The notes: generated by a model from the sequence alone, not told the origin. A stretch of 60,969 bases of DNA from an uncultured Gammaproteobacteria bacterium (GCA_964644605.1 CAZXWS010000039.1:1-60969); one strand, 5' to 3'; numbered from the stretch's first letter, positions 9,029 through 19,001 are shown. Made by a program: numbers and translations.

Positions 9029-10531
9029 ATGGAAATAAGAAATAAAGATATTAAAAACATACTAAAAAAATATAAAGAATTATCGTTGCTCACTAAAATA
9101 AATGCAGTGCTTGATTGGGATACTAATGTTAATCTACCCGCAAAGGGAGCCGATACACGAGGGAAACAAAACGCACTCATTACCGATTACATGACCCGTT
9201 TTTGGCTTGATCCCCGAATTAAAGATATTATCGAGCATCTGTCTGAAAATGGGTTAAATACAGAAGAACTGGCAATTCTGAGAAATTTAAAACATGCAGG
9301 AGCATATTACCTTAAAGTTCCCAAGGCACTCATACTTGAAAAAGTGGAAGCCACTACTAATGCATTTATGATTTGGCAGAAAGCGAAACAAGAGGATTCT
9401 TTTCAAGACTTCCTGCCATATTTACAAAAAAATGTCGAACTTGATCGTCAAATAACCGAGCACCTAGGATATGAGTCAAATCCTTATGATGCGTTGCTCA
9501 ATTTATATGAACCTCAACTTACTGCAAATTTTTTAGAGACTATTTTTACACCACTTCGAGTTAAGTTAACGAATTTGCTCAGCGAGATTGTTTCATCAAA
9601 AAATTACGAACAGAAATCTTCCGTAATAAATGATTCAGAAACCTATGACATAACAAATCAGGAAAAACTTTGTAAGTATGTCCTTGCGTTGATGGATTAC
9701 TCACAAGATGAAGGACGGCTTGATATATCCGCCCATCCATTTACAAACAGTTTAGGAAGATATGATGTGCGTATTACGACACATTACCATGATCATGATT
9801 TCAGACCAGCACTGAGTTCAACTATTCATGAGGCTGGTCATGGTCTTTATGAACTCGGAGTTAATCCAGTATATGATTTAACTCCATTAGAAGGAGGTGT
9901 GTCGATGGCGATACATGAATCACAGTCACGATTTTGGGAAAATCAAATCGGACGCAATCCTGTGTTTTTAGAGTTTTTATTGCCGCATATTAAAGAAGCC
10001 TTTCCTGAAAAAATATTTGAACTTAATGAACTAGTTCGTGCAATGAATGAAGTGAAACCGAGCTTGATTCGCACAGAAGCGGATGAAGTGACATATAACC
10101 TGCATATTATGCTTCGTTTCGAAATAGAAAATGACTTGATTAATAAAAAAATAGAAGTAAAAGATTTACCGGAAATTTGGCGTACTAAAATGAATGATTA
10201 TTTAGGCGTTACGCCGAGTAATGATAGAGAAGGGGTTTTGCAAGACGTTCATTGGTCTTATGGTTCATTTGGGTATTTTCCTACATATGCTTTAGGAAAT
10301 TTGTATGCTGCGCAGTTTGCAGCGCAGATGAAAAAAACTATAAAAGTGGATGATATATTGCAGTCAGGTAATGTGCAGCCTGTACTCGATTGGCTTCGAA
10401 AGAATATACATACATACGGCAGTTTAAAATGGCCAAAAGAGCTGGTAAAAGATGTTACTGGTGAAGAATTAAATCCAAAATATTTTCTAGACTACATTAT
10501 TAAAAAATACGCAAAGATATATTCTTTCTAA
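9029..10531 (+). CDS. Carboxypeptidase Taq-type (M32) metallopeptidase
   Basis: HEAGHGLYE (HExxH) plus IHESQSRFWEN and the overall length. I prefer the start at ATG 9029 because the track start at 9014 lies in the terminator T-run. Confidence 0.85.
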   Translation: MEIRNKDIKNILKKYKELSLLTKINAVLDWDTNVNLPAKGADTRGKQNALITDYMTRFWLDPRIKDIIEHLSENGLNTEELAILRNLKHAGAYYLKVPKALILEKVEATTNAFMIWQKAKQEDSFQDFLPYLQKNVELDRQITEHLGYESNPYDALLNLYEPQLTANFLETIFTPLRVKLTNLLSEIVSSKNYEQKSSVINDSETYDITNQEKLCKYVLALMDYSQDEGRLDISAHPFTNSLGRYDVRITTHYHDHDFRPALSSTIHEAGHGLYELGVNPVYDLTPLEGGVSMAIHESQSRFWENQIGRNPVFLEFLLPHIKEAFPEKIFELNELVRAMNEVKPSLIRTEADEVTYNLHIMLRFEIENDLINKKIEVKDLPEIWRTKMNDYLGVTPSNDREGVLQDVHWSYGSFGYFPTYALGNLYAAQFAAQMKKTIKVDDILQSGNVQPVLDWLRKNIHTYGSLKWPKELVKDVTGEELNPKYFLDYIIKKYAKIYSF

Positions 10532-10536
10532 AAAAA

Positions 10537-10558
10537 GGACAGACTCTAGAGTCTGTCC
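10537..10558. terminator. Palindromic hairpin between convergent genes; terminator for the minus-strand DsbA-like gene
   Basis: GGACAGACTCTAGAGTCTGTCC. A T-run follows only on the minus-strand reading (10530-10536). Confidence 0.65.
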
Positions 10559-10581
10559 TTAGTAATAATGAGTTGCTTACG

Positions 10582-11427
10582 TTATTTATTTTGTGACATA
10601 AACGTATCCAATTGCTGCTTCAAACTATCGTATGGTAAAGCTCCTTCAACTAAGAGATTTTTTCCTGTTTTCATGTCGTAAATAACACCTGTTGGAGTTG
10701 CTTGCACTCCTGCTGAGGAACCTTCATTTTGCTGATCTTTTACTTTCTGTGCGTACTTATTACTGTCTAAGCATGTTTTAAATTTATCGGCATCTAATCC
10801 GATCTCAGTTGCTAATGGTGTCAACGCATCGAGAGCAAAACCTGTCCCATTTGATGTTGTTCGCTCATATATTTTATCTGACATATCCCAGAATTTTTCA
10901 TCACCACCTTGTTCTGCTGCACACTCAGTTGCCTCAGCTTCTTTTTGTGCATTTTGGTGGAATGGCAATGGGAAGTGTCGGTATACCCATGCAACTGTAT
11001 CTTTATTTTCTCCCAAAAGTTTTACTAAATCAGGGTGAATTTTTTTACAGAATGGACATTCAAGGTCCGAATATTCAACCCATACATACCGTGCATTTGT
11101 ATTATTTCTCCAATGATCATCTTTGCCCGGTTTTTTGATTTTAAGTTCTGTGGGTCGAGCTTGAGGGGCTTGGTTATTTGCTTGATTATTTGCTGCAGTG
11201 TTAGCAGTTTTCTTCAAGTTCTGTACTTGCCAAAACATATATCCAGAAAATGCGAGAAGTCCTAAAATGAGAGCATATAGTAAGTAAGGTGGGCGTCGTG
11301 AGGCACCGTATTGACTGTTGAGTGCACGAATTGCTTCGGGTGAAAGTTTTTCTTCATAACTCTCTCGCTCATCAGCAACAGTTTTTGTAACACGGTTTGG
11401 GGTTTGTTTTTTTCTTTGTGTTGGCAT
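10582..11427 (-). CDS. Membrane-anchored DsbA/thioredoxin-fold thiol:disulfide oxidoreductase
   Basis: Single TM helix (YLLYALILGLLAFSGYMFW), CPFC active site and a DsbA-like C-terminal half. Confidence 0.8.
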   Translation of the reverse strand: MPTQRKKQTPNRVTKTVADERESYEEKLSPEAIRALNSQYGASRRPPYLLYALILGLLAFSGYMFWQVQNLKKTANTAANNQANNQAPQARPTELKIKKPGKDDHWRNNTNARYVWVEYSDLECPFCKKIHPDLVKLLGENKDTVAWVYRHFPLPFHQNAQKEAEATECAAEQGGDEKFWDMSDKIYERTTSNGTGFALDALTPLATEIGLDADKFKTCLDSNKYAQKVKDQQNEGSSAGVQATPTGVIYDMKTGKNLLVEGALPYDSLKQQLDTFMSQNK

Positions 11428-11600
11428 ATTGGCAAATAATAATGAATGTAAAAAGTAATGTCAATATAACATCACTATAACAAATGTATATATAACATTG
11501 TCAAAGTTAAAATATAAAAATCCAAATTGCAAAATATTAATTTCAAATCAATGTCAAAATCCAAATAAATATTTGAATTTTGGATTTAACATTCATCCAC

Positions 11601-11624
11601 GGACAGGTCACGACCTGTCCCTAC
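11601..11624. repeat. REP-like hairpin GGACAGGTCACGACCTGTCC-CTAC
   Basis: 23 of 24 nt identical to the 3' 24 nt (19006-19029) of the palindrome at 19002-19029. It sits 5 nt downstream of the stop of 11629..11967 (minus strand). No T-run follows. Confidence 0.6.
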
Positions 11625-11628
11625 TTTA

Positions 11629-11967
11629 TTATCTAATCACCGTTCCATTTTTTATTTCACTATTTACTTCGATTAAAACTGGTTTGCCTTCAACATCTGC
11701 TGACATTAACATGCCTTGTGATTCTTTATTCATCATTTTTCGAGGTTCAAGATTTGCAATAAATTGGAATTTTTTTCCGATAAAATCACTTGGTTGATAA
11801 TACTCAAGCATGCCGGTAAAAATAGTGACGGTTCCATATTCATCACCCAAATTAACTGTAAGTTCAATTAATTTTTTCGAACCTTCGGGAACCTCTGCAT
11901 TTTTAACTTCACCCACTCGAATGTCGAGTTGCTCGAAAGTTGTGTATTGTATGTTAGTTGTCGTCAT
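11629..11967 (-). CDS. Standalone tRNA-binding domain protein (CsaA/Trbp111/EMAP-like OB fold)
   Basis: FEQLDIRVGEVKNAEVPEGSKKLIELTVNLGDE...QGMLMSA matches the tRNA-binding domain pattern. Confidence 0.8.
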   Translation of the reverse strand: MTTTNIQYTTFEQLDIRVGEVKNAEVPEGSKKLIELTVNLGDEYGTVTIFTGMLEYYQPSDFIGKKFQFIANLEPRKMMNKESQGMLMSADVEGKPVLIEVNSEIKNGTVIR

Positions 11968-12063
11968 AAGGTATATGTCGTCGCCGCTCGTTTAGTTTCA
12001 CGTTAAACGTCTTACGATTTACAATACGAGCTGCGAAAACGTTTAATTTTTAACTCTTAAGGT

Positions 12064-13899
12064 TCACTTCGCGTAAATACGGTACAAATTATTTCCAATT
12101 TTTTCGTATTTAAAAATTTTTATTGTACCAATATCAGCTGTGTTTTTAACATGCGGCCCACCGCAAAATTCTTTTGAGTAGGCAGTTTCTAAATCGTTTC
12201 CCACAAAATATACTTTTACCGAGTCGGGATATTTTTCACGAAAGAAAGATTTAGCACCAATTTTTGATGCTTCGTCCTTCGGCATAATTTGGAAATTTAC
12301 TGGCAGTGCTTCATGAATTTTTTCATTAATAATTTTTTCAAGTTGATCTTTTTCTTCGTCGCTCACTTTTCTTGAAGCAGCAAAATCAAATCTTAATCGT
12401 TCGCCGGTAATATTTGAACCTTCCTGTCGTACATCATCGCCTAATAATTCGAAAAGTGCTTGATGAAGTAAGTGAGTGGCCGTGTGATATTTAACAGTTT
12501 GTTCACTTTGGTCGGCTAATCCGCCCTTAAACATTCCAGCGGATGAAGTTCTTGACAGTTGTTGATGTTGAGTGGCAGCCTCCTCAACTTCCTTATCAAA
12601 TTCTTCTTCAGGAAAGTTTTGATTTTTTTCTTTATATATGTCTCTTAATAATTCTTTTGTTATTTCTGGTGGGAAACCGTAACTTTGATACCAGTCAAAA
12701 GCTCGTTTACCTGTTACTTCGTTTTCAGCATTTTTATGTATTTCGTTCATTCCTTTTACAATAGATTTGCTGAATTTACTAAGCTCTAAAGATATGGTAT
12801 GTTCGATGTAAGTTATATCGGTTTTTTCGTCAAAATAAATATTTTTATATGTTTCAACGACGCTTTTGGCTATCTTAGAAAGTGAAGACATTTTCTGAAT
12901 GTCTACACCGAGAAAGTGCATTTTGACAGCGGCCCGTCGCAGTAGTCGTCGAAGAATATAGCCTTGCAGTTTATTTGAAGGTGTCACACCGTCCTGGATA
13001 AGAAATGTAGATGCTTTTAAATGATCAGCGATAACACGTATATATGCTTTATTTTCACCCTCATATTTTTGTTTTGTAAATTCTTCTATAGCATGAATAA
13101 TTGTCTGATAAAGATCGGTAGCGAAAATATCAGGTGTGTTGTAAACACTCGCCAAAATGCGTTCAAAGCCGCCGCCAAAATCCACATTTTTTTGTGGCAA
13201 TTCTTCTAAGGTTTTGTCTTCGCTTTTTCGATATTGAATAAAAACAGAGTTTCCTATTTCAATAAAGCGTCCACAGTCACAGTTTGGGTGACATTTTTGA
13301 TCTTTAAAAACTGAGTGTTCATGCAATTTTAAATCTGCACCAAAGTCATAAAAAATTTCTGAGTCAGGTCCGCCAATTTCACCTACTGGCATTTGTTCAG
13401 GTGTTCCTGAGCGAGACCACCAGTTTTTCTCAACGCCATAAAAAAATATACGTTCTTGCGGAATGCCAAGCTTAAGCCAAATTTCTTCGGATTCTGAATC
13501 TTTTGGTACATCTTTTGTACCCTCAAAAACTGAAACATACAAACATTCTTTATCGAGTCCTAATTCTTTTGTAAAAAATTCTAATACCCACGGTAGTTGT
13601 TCCTTTTTAAAGTAGTCGCCGAATGACCAGTTACCCAGCATTTCAAAAAAAGTATCATGACGATTATCTCCCACTTCTTCGATGTCCTGACTCCGTAGGC
13701 ATGGCTGAATATCAAACACTCTTTTTCCCAAAGGATGAACTTCGCCGGTTAAGTAGGGGACTAATTGCTGCATTCCAGAGCTTGTAAATAGTGTCGTTGG
13801 ATCCTCACTCAGTACAAGTGGAGCAGGTGGAACTGCTTTATGTCCTCTGCTTTCCCAGAATTTTTTGTATAATAGCCTCAGATCTTGCTGATTAATCAT
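12064..13899 (-). CDS. alaS: Alanine--tRNA ligase, short form (catalytic, tRNA-recognition and editing domains; no C-Ala domain)
   Basis: Class II AlaRS N-terminus (FWESRGH, FTSSGMQQ, FEMLGNWSFGDYFK). Editing motifs HTATHLLHQAL and CGGPHV lie near the C-terminus. The protein ends at 611 aa. Confidence 0.9.
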   Translation of the reverse strand: MINQQDLRLLYKKFWESRGHKAVPPAPLVLSEDPTTLFTSSGMQQLVPYLTGEVHPLGKRVFDIQPCLRSQDIEEVGDNRHDTFFEMLGNWSFGDYFKKEQLPWVLEFFTKELGLDKECLYVSVFEGTKDVPKDSESEEIWLKLGIPQERIFFYGVEKNWWSRSGTPEQMPVGEIGGPDSEIFYDFGADLKLHEHSVFKDQKCHPNCDCGRFIEIGNSVFIQYRKSEDKTLEELPQKNVDFGGGFERILASVYNTPDIFATDLYQTIIHAIEEFTKQKYEGENKAYIRVIADHLKASTFLIQDGVTPSNKLQGYILRRLLRRAAVKMHFLGVDIQKMSSLSKIAKSVVETYKNIYFDEKTDITYIEHTISLELSKFSKSIVKGMNEIHKNAENEVTGKRAFDWYQSYGFPPEITKELLRDIYKEKNQNFPEEEFDKEVEEAATQHQQLSRTSSAGMFKGGLADQSEQTVKYHTATHLLHQALFELLGDDVRQEGSNITGERLRFDFAASRKVSDEEKDQLEKIINEKIHEALPVNFQIMPKDEASKIGAKSFFREKYPDSVKVYFVGNDLETAYSKEFCGGPHVKNTADIGTIKIFKYEKIGNNLYRIYAK

Positions 13900-13927
13900 T
13901 GTAAAATTATATCATCACTCTCTGTAT

Positions 13928-14851
13928 ATGCATACGCTGATAAAGACATCAGACCTCAACACAGTCAAACCGTTTTTGGAACAGTTTTATTTACCACCAC
14001 CTGAATCTTATAAAGGTCAAAATGGACGCGTACTTGTGGTTGGAGGTTCTCATCTATTTCACTCAGCTTCTATTTGGCCTGCTGAAATTGCTGCTCATTT
14101 TGTTGACATTGTACATTATGCATCAGTTGAGGAGAATAACGATATCATGCGAAACCTCAAGAAGAATTTTCACAATGGTATTGTTGTTCCTTTAGAAAAT
14201 ATTGATGATTACGTTGTTGAAGATGACACGATATTAATAGGTAACGGTATGGTTCGCGGCGAGATTAGTAATACTAAATCGTATGATAATTTGTCGGCAA
14301 TTTTAGCATTACAAAATGAGTACGAAATTACATATCATCTGACGTGCTATTTATTACAAAAATATAAAAATAAAAAGTTTGTGCTTGATGCAGGTTCCTT
14401 ACAAATGATGGACCACAATTGGTTATTAGATTTGGATTCGACTCCAATAATAACGCCGCACATGCTTGAGTTCGAAAAGTTATTTGGGATAAATGTATGC
14501 AAAAAAAGTTTTGACGAAAAGATAGAAATTGTGAAACATACTGCAAAACAATTTCATTCTGTGATCATGTTAAAAACAGTAAAGGATATTATTTCAGACG
14601 GGGAAAATGTTTATGTCATTGAGGGCGGTAATCCTGGTCTGACTAAAGGAGGAACGGGTGATATATTAGCTGGAATTACAGCTTCTTTATATACGAAAAA
14701 TAATCCTATCATATCAGCAGTCATCGCATCTTTTATACTAAAGTATACCGCTGATAAGCTTTTCATAAAGAAAGGATATTGGTATAATAATGACGACATC
14801 ATTAAAAAAATCCCTGAGATATTACATGAGCTGATTTTAGGGCTAACATAA
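13928..14851 (+). CDS. ADP-dependent NAD(P)H-hydrate dehydratase (YjeF C-terminal / carbohydrate-kinase-like)
   Basis: YKGQNGRVLVVGGS and GGTGDILAG motifs. Confidence 0.75.
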   Translation: MHTLIKTSDLNTVKPFLEQFYLPPPESYKGQNGRVLVVGGSHLFHSASIWPAEIAAHFVDIVHYASVEENNDIMRNLKKNFHNGIVVPLENIDDYVVEDDTILIGNGMVRGEISNTKSYDNLSAILALQNEYEITYHLTCYLLQKYKNKKFVLDAGSLQMMDHNWLLDLDSTPIITPHMLEFEKLFGINVCKKSFDEKIEIVKHTAKQFHSVIMLKTVKDIISDGENVYVIEGGNPGLTKGGTGDILAGITASLYTKNNPIISAVIASFILKYTADKLFIKKGYWYNNDDIIKKIPEILHELILGLT

Positions 14852-14855
14852 TACT

Positions 14856-15284
14856 ATGAGAAAAGAATCAATAATTGCTATTGTGTTCGGCTTAGTGCTT
14901 GGCAGCACTGTCGCTTTTTTTATTCTTTTTAAAAATAAAGATCAGCAAATGGATAAGGTTAAAACAATCACTTCTGTAAATAGTTTGAGCCCGACTATTG
15001 TACAAAACACACCTTCCCAGTTGCTTTCAGTCGATGCGCCAAATGATGCCGAAATTTTTAAAACAAACAGTATTACTATTAAAGGAAAAGCTCCTAAAGA
15101 TAGTTTGTTAATTGCTGAATCACCGATCAAAGATATCACAATGAAATTAGATAAAGATCAGTTCTCTTTCAACTTTCCCCTTGCACTTGGCGAAAATACA
15201 ATCCATATTACTGTTTATCCGAATGACAAACAAAGTGGCGTACAAGAAAAAGCATTAAAAATTTATTATTTGGAAGAACAATGA
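14856..15284 (+). CDS. Membrane-anchored Ig-like-fold protein (paralogue of 5119..5571)
   Basis: N-terminal TM followed by the beta domain SITIKGKAP...FSFNFPLALGENTIHITVY. Confidence 0.6.
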   Translation: MRKESIIAIVFGLVLGSTVAFFILFKNKDQQMDKVKTITSVNSLSPTIVQNTPSQLLSVDAPNDAEIFKTNSITIKGKAPKDSLLIAESPIKDITMKLDKDQFSFNFPLALGENTIHITVYPNDKQSGVQEKALKIYYLEEQ

Positions 15285-16015
15285 GAGAATCACTAGCTAT
15301 TGGTGTAGCATTGGTAACATTGATAAATGTAATCTCTGTTTCTGCACAGACACGTACACTAACACCTTCACCAACAGATAAAGTAAAAGCTGCATCACCC
15401 TCAGCATCATTGTCACCCACAACTGTTGAAGATAAAGAAGTAAAAGCTCTAAAAGAGCGTGTGGCAAATAAAGTCAAGGAGTTAACTAAGGACACAAAAG
15501 CTGTGGCTGGTTTTGTGCAGGAAACAAAGGATTCACAGATAACCATTAAAACAGCAGACGATAAAGTTTCTGTTGTAAAAATAGATACAGACCTGACCAA
15601 ATATTATCAAATAACAGGTACAACTAGAAAAGAAATAAAATTAACTACGATAAAAAAAGGAGATTATGCCATTATTAGTGGTCCGGCAATTGGTGAAACA
15701 ATTACAGCTAATGTAATATATATAGATGAGCGTTTAGAGGTTCGTTCTGGTAAAGTTACTGAAGTGAGTACAGATGATTCTACAATAAAAGTAGTGACTA
15801 CTGAAAAAGATTCTATAACAATTACGATAACTCGAAGCACAAAATTATTACAAATGGATATAAAAACCCTGGATACATCGAGTACAAAACTGTCAAAAGT
15901 AAAGGAAGGAGATACAATTCACTTTGTATATTCGGTCGATCCCACTGCTAAGGATCCGGCAAAAGTTACTGCTCTCAAAGTACTCGTCATTCCTCAGGAG
16001 TTTTTCCAAAAATAA
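15281..16015 (+). CDS. Secreted protein with a coiled-coil segment and DUF5666-like repeats (paralogue of 4320..5060)
   Basis: Signal peptide, KALKERVANKVKELTKD, then repeats G.V..T.DS.I.I......V.V..DT..T....IKKGDYAIISG. There is a 4-nt overlap with the upstream gene. Confidence 0.6.
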   Translation: MRESLAIGVALVTLINVISVSAQTRTLTPSPTDKVKAASPSASLSPTTVEDKEVKALKERVANKVKELTKDTKAVAGFVQETKDSQITIKTADDKVSVVKIDTDLTKYYQITGTTRKEIKLTTIKKGDYAIISGPAIGETITANVIYIDERLEVRSGKVTEVSTDDSTIKVVTTEKDSITITITRSTKLLQMDIKTLDTSSTKLSKVKEGDTIHFVYSVDPTAKDPAKVTALKVLVIPQEFFQK

Positions 16016-16029
16016 ACACTGTTTTTACT

Positions 16030-18912
16030 ATGCTAAATATATTCAAAAAATTTTTTGATTTTAATCAGCGTGAAGTAGAGAGGTTAAGTAAACGAGTTGA
16101 TGAAATTAATGCGCTTGAGGAAAACGCTAAAAAATTAAAAGATATTGATTTTCCAAAAGAAACAGCTAAATTAAAAAAGCAGATTCAATCCAGAGAAAAA
16201 ACACTTGACGATGTACTGCCATGGGCTTATGCGCTTGTGCGCGAAGCTGCTCATCGTAGTCTTGGTATACGTCACTTTGATGTTCAGCTTATTGCTGGAA
16301 TTGCTCTAAATGAAAGTAAAGTCGTTGAGCAAAAAACGGGAGAAGGTAAAACACTTACTGCTACTTCACCACTCTATTTAAATGCTCTTACAGGGAAAGG
16401 CGTACACCTCGTTACTGTCAATGATTACTTGGCCCGGCGCGACGCAGGATGGATGGGTAAAATATTTGATTTTTTAGGCATGTCCACTGCTGCAATAATT
16501 TCCGACCAATCGTTTCTTTATAATCGAGAATACTCTGATGAAGAGTCACAGGACGAGCGGTTAACGCATTTAAAACCTGCTTCAATGCGGTTAACGCATT
16601 TAAAACCTGCTTCAAGAAAAGAAGCATATGATGCTGATATAACATATGGCATTAATAGTGAGTTTGGTTTTGACTATCTTCGCGATAATATGGCGCAGTC
16701 TGTCGATCAATTGGTACAGCGCGGTTTTTATTTCGCGATTATAGATGAAGCAGATTCTGTGCTTATCGACGAAGCGCGAACTCCACATATTATTTCAGCT
16801 CCCTATGATCAAGATACCTCACGCTACTATAACTACGCGCGTATTGTGCGCTCGCTTGATCCAAAAACTGATTATGTAGTAGATGAAAAATTAAAAACAG
16901 CACACCTCACAGACACTGGTATTGGGAAAATTGAGCAGGCGCTTGGAGTTGCAAATATTTATGAAAGAGACTTTGATACGTTATTCCACATAGAAGCTTC
17001 ATTGAAAGCAGAGACATTATTTAAACTGGATAAAGACTACATTGTAAAAGATGGCGAAGTGATTATTGTTGATGAGTTTACAGGCCGATTATTGCCAGGC
17101 AGACGATTTTCTGAAGGACTTCATCAAGCAATAGAAGCAAAAGAAAATGTCACGATTCAACGCGAGTCAAAAACATTGGCAACCGTTTCATTGCAGAATT
17201 ATTTCAGAATGTACGAAAAATTGGGAGGAATGACCGGTACTGCTTCCACCGAAGCAGAAGAGTTTCATAAAATTTACAAAATGGATGTGGTGGTTATCCC
17301 TACTAATCGTACGATGATCCGTAAGGATAATGCAGATATGATTTATAAAACAGAGAGAGCTAAGTTCAATGCAGTTGTGGAAGATATTATTGAACAGTAT
17401 AAAAAGGGACGGCCTGTATTAGTGGGTACAACATCAATTGATAAAAACGAGTACATTTCTCGATTATTAAAACAAAAAGGTATTCCTCATGAACTGTTGA
17501 ACGCGAAAAATCATGAGCGCGAAGCCCATATTATTTCGCTTGCAGGTGAAAAAGGGGCAATCACTGCAGCCACGAATATGGCTGGTAGGGGAGTGGATAT
17601 TATTTTGGGAGGGAATCAGAATGAAGTTAAAAATCAAAAGTTAAAAGTCAAAAGTAAGAAAGATGATTGGAACAAAATGCATGATGAGGTTGTGGAGCTT
17701 GGAGGATTATATGTTATCGGAACAGAACGGCATGAATCACGAAGAATCGATAATCAGCTGCGAGGTCGGGCTGGACGGCAGGGTGATCCAGGCGAAACTC
17801 GTTTCTATGTTTCATTAGAAGATGATCTCATGCGTATATTCGGCGGTGAACAAATTTCGAATTTAATGACTGCCTTTAATTTTCCAGAAGATCAACCTTT
17901 GAGTCATGCACTTGTATCGCGTGCTATTGAACAAGCGCAGGTCAAAGTGGAAGGCTTTAATTTTGATATACGAAAACATTTGGTCGAGTATGATGACGTA
18001 CTTAATAAACAAAGAGAGATAGTCTATACCATGCGTAGAAAAATACTTACATTACTTCCAGGAAAACAAGAAGAATTTAAAGATACAGTATTTGAAATAT
18101 TTTATGAACAAATATCAGCTCTTGTAGGCACGTTACAGAGTATTCATGAAACCATGCCTGACCAGGAAGCTGATAATTTTATCAACGATATTAATATGCT
18201 TGTTCCTGTTGATAAAACTGAGATTAAAAAATTACTAAAGTTAAAAAATATTGAAAAAGTTCAGCATACTATAGAAAAAAATCTTGAAGATCTTTTTGAA
18301 CAACGAGAAAAAAGTTTAAGTAAAGATGTATGGTATAGTATCGTTCAAGCGCTATTTTTGCAAACTATAGATCAATATTGGACAGAACACTTGACCGCAA
18401 TTGAAGATCTACGAGAAGGTATAAATTTGAGAGGATATGCGCAAATGGATCCGTTAGTTGAGTATAAAAATGAGGCTTACAGCATGTTTGAGAAGTTATT
18501 GAGTGATGTAAATTTTGAAGTCATGCGCCGTATATTCCATATGGACATCCAAATTGAGAATAAATCTCCTCAGAAAGAAGATGATAGTGACAGTGCAAAA
18601 AATGTAGAGACGTCTCGTCGAGATGTCTCACAAAAAAAACAAAACCTCCCAAAACCAAAACAGCAAAAAATGGAGTTTAAGTCTGCATCTGCCATAGATC
18701 CGTTTGCACATTCTCAGCAGGAATCTCAGCAAATCGCTACTACTTCAGACTTGACTCCCGCAGATAGAGAATATAACAAAAGTTTAGGTGCTGAACTTGG
18801 ACTTAAAATCACGCCTCCCGGAGTCCAAAAACCAAAGTTAGGCCGTAATGATCCCTGCCCATGCGGTTCAGGAAAGAAGTGGAAAAAATGCCACTATCCA
18901 GTAATTCCATAA
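16030..18912 (+). CDS. secA: Preprotein translocase ATPase SecA
   Basis: Conserved motifs are QKTGEGKTL, ITYGINSEFGFDYLRDNM, DEADSVLIDEARTP, GTERHESRRIDNQLRGRAGRQGDPG and the C-terminal zinc motif CPCGSGKKWKKCH. Confidence 0.95.
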   Translation: MLNIFKKFFDFNQREVERLSKRVDEINALEENAKKLKDIDFPKETAKLKKQIQSREKTLDDVLPWAYALVREAAHRSLGIRHFDVQLIAGIALNESKVVEQKTGEGKTLTATSPLYLNALTGKGVHLVTVNDYLARRDAGWMGKIFDFLGMSTAAIISDQSFLYNREYSDEESQDERLTHLKPASMRLTHLKPASRKEAYDADITYGINSEFGFDYLRDNMAQSVDQLVQRGFYFAIIDEADSVLIDEARTPHIISAPYDQDTSRYYNYARIVRSLDPKTDYVVDEKLKTAHLTDTGIGKIEQALGVANIYERDFDTLFHIEASLKAETLFKLDKDYIVKDGEVIIVDEFTGRLLPGRRFSEGLHQAIEAKENVTIQRESKTLATVSLQNYFRMYEKLGGMTGTASTEAEEFHKIYKMDVVVIPTNRTMIRKDNADMIYKTERAKFNAVVEDIIEQYKKGRPVLVGTTSIDKNEYISRLLKQKGIPHELLNAKNHEREAHIISLAGEKGAITAATNMAGRGVDIILGGNQNEVKNQKLKVKSKKDDWNKMHDEVVELGGLYVIGTERHESRRIDNQLRGRAGRQGDPGETRFYVSLEDDLMRIFGGEQISNLMTAFNFPEDQPLSHALVSRAIEQAQVKVEGFNFDIRKHLVEYDDVLNKQREIVYTMRRKILTLLPGKQEEFKDTVFEIFYEQISALVGTLQSIHETMPDQEADNFINDINMLVPVDKTEIKKLLKLKNIEKVQHTIEKNLEDLFEQREKSLSKDVWYSIVQALFLQTIDQYWTEHLTAIEDLREGINLRGYAQMDPLVEYKNEAYSMFEKLLSDVNFEVMRRIFHMDIQIENKSPQKEDDSDSAKNVETSRRDVSQKKQNLPKPKQQKMEFKSASAIDPFAHSQQESQQIATTSDLTPADREYNKSLGAELGLKITPPGVQKPKLGRNDPCPCGSGKKWKKCHYPVIP
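16557..16616 (+). repeat. Near-perfect 30-bp in-frame tandem duplication inside secA
   Basis: GCGGTTAACGCATTTAAAACCTGCTTCAA occurs at 16557-16585 and again at 16587-16615. It encodes RLTHLKPASM and RLTHLKPASR. Confidence 0.9.
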
Positions 18913-19001
18913 ATGAACCATCTACTTTAGCTCTTCTCAACAATCTATCAAACTCCCGAAGTTGTTTCTTCTACTATATAATTTAATACTATCAATATAT
19001 T

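Noticed and set aside
11498-11797. 99-aa + strand ORF spanning the dsbA-like/csaA-like spacer and running antisense into the tRNA-binding-domain gene.
   Set aside because: It starts in AT-rich repeat DNA, crosses the REP-like hairpin and overlaps a well-supported minus-strand gene. It is most likely spurious.
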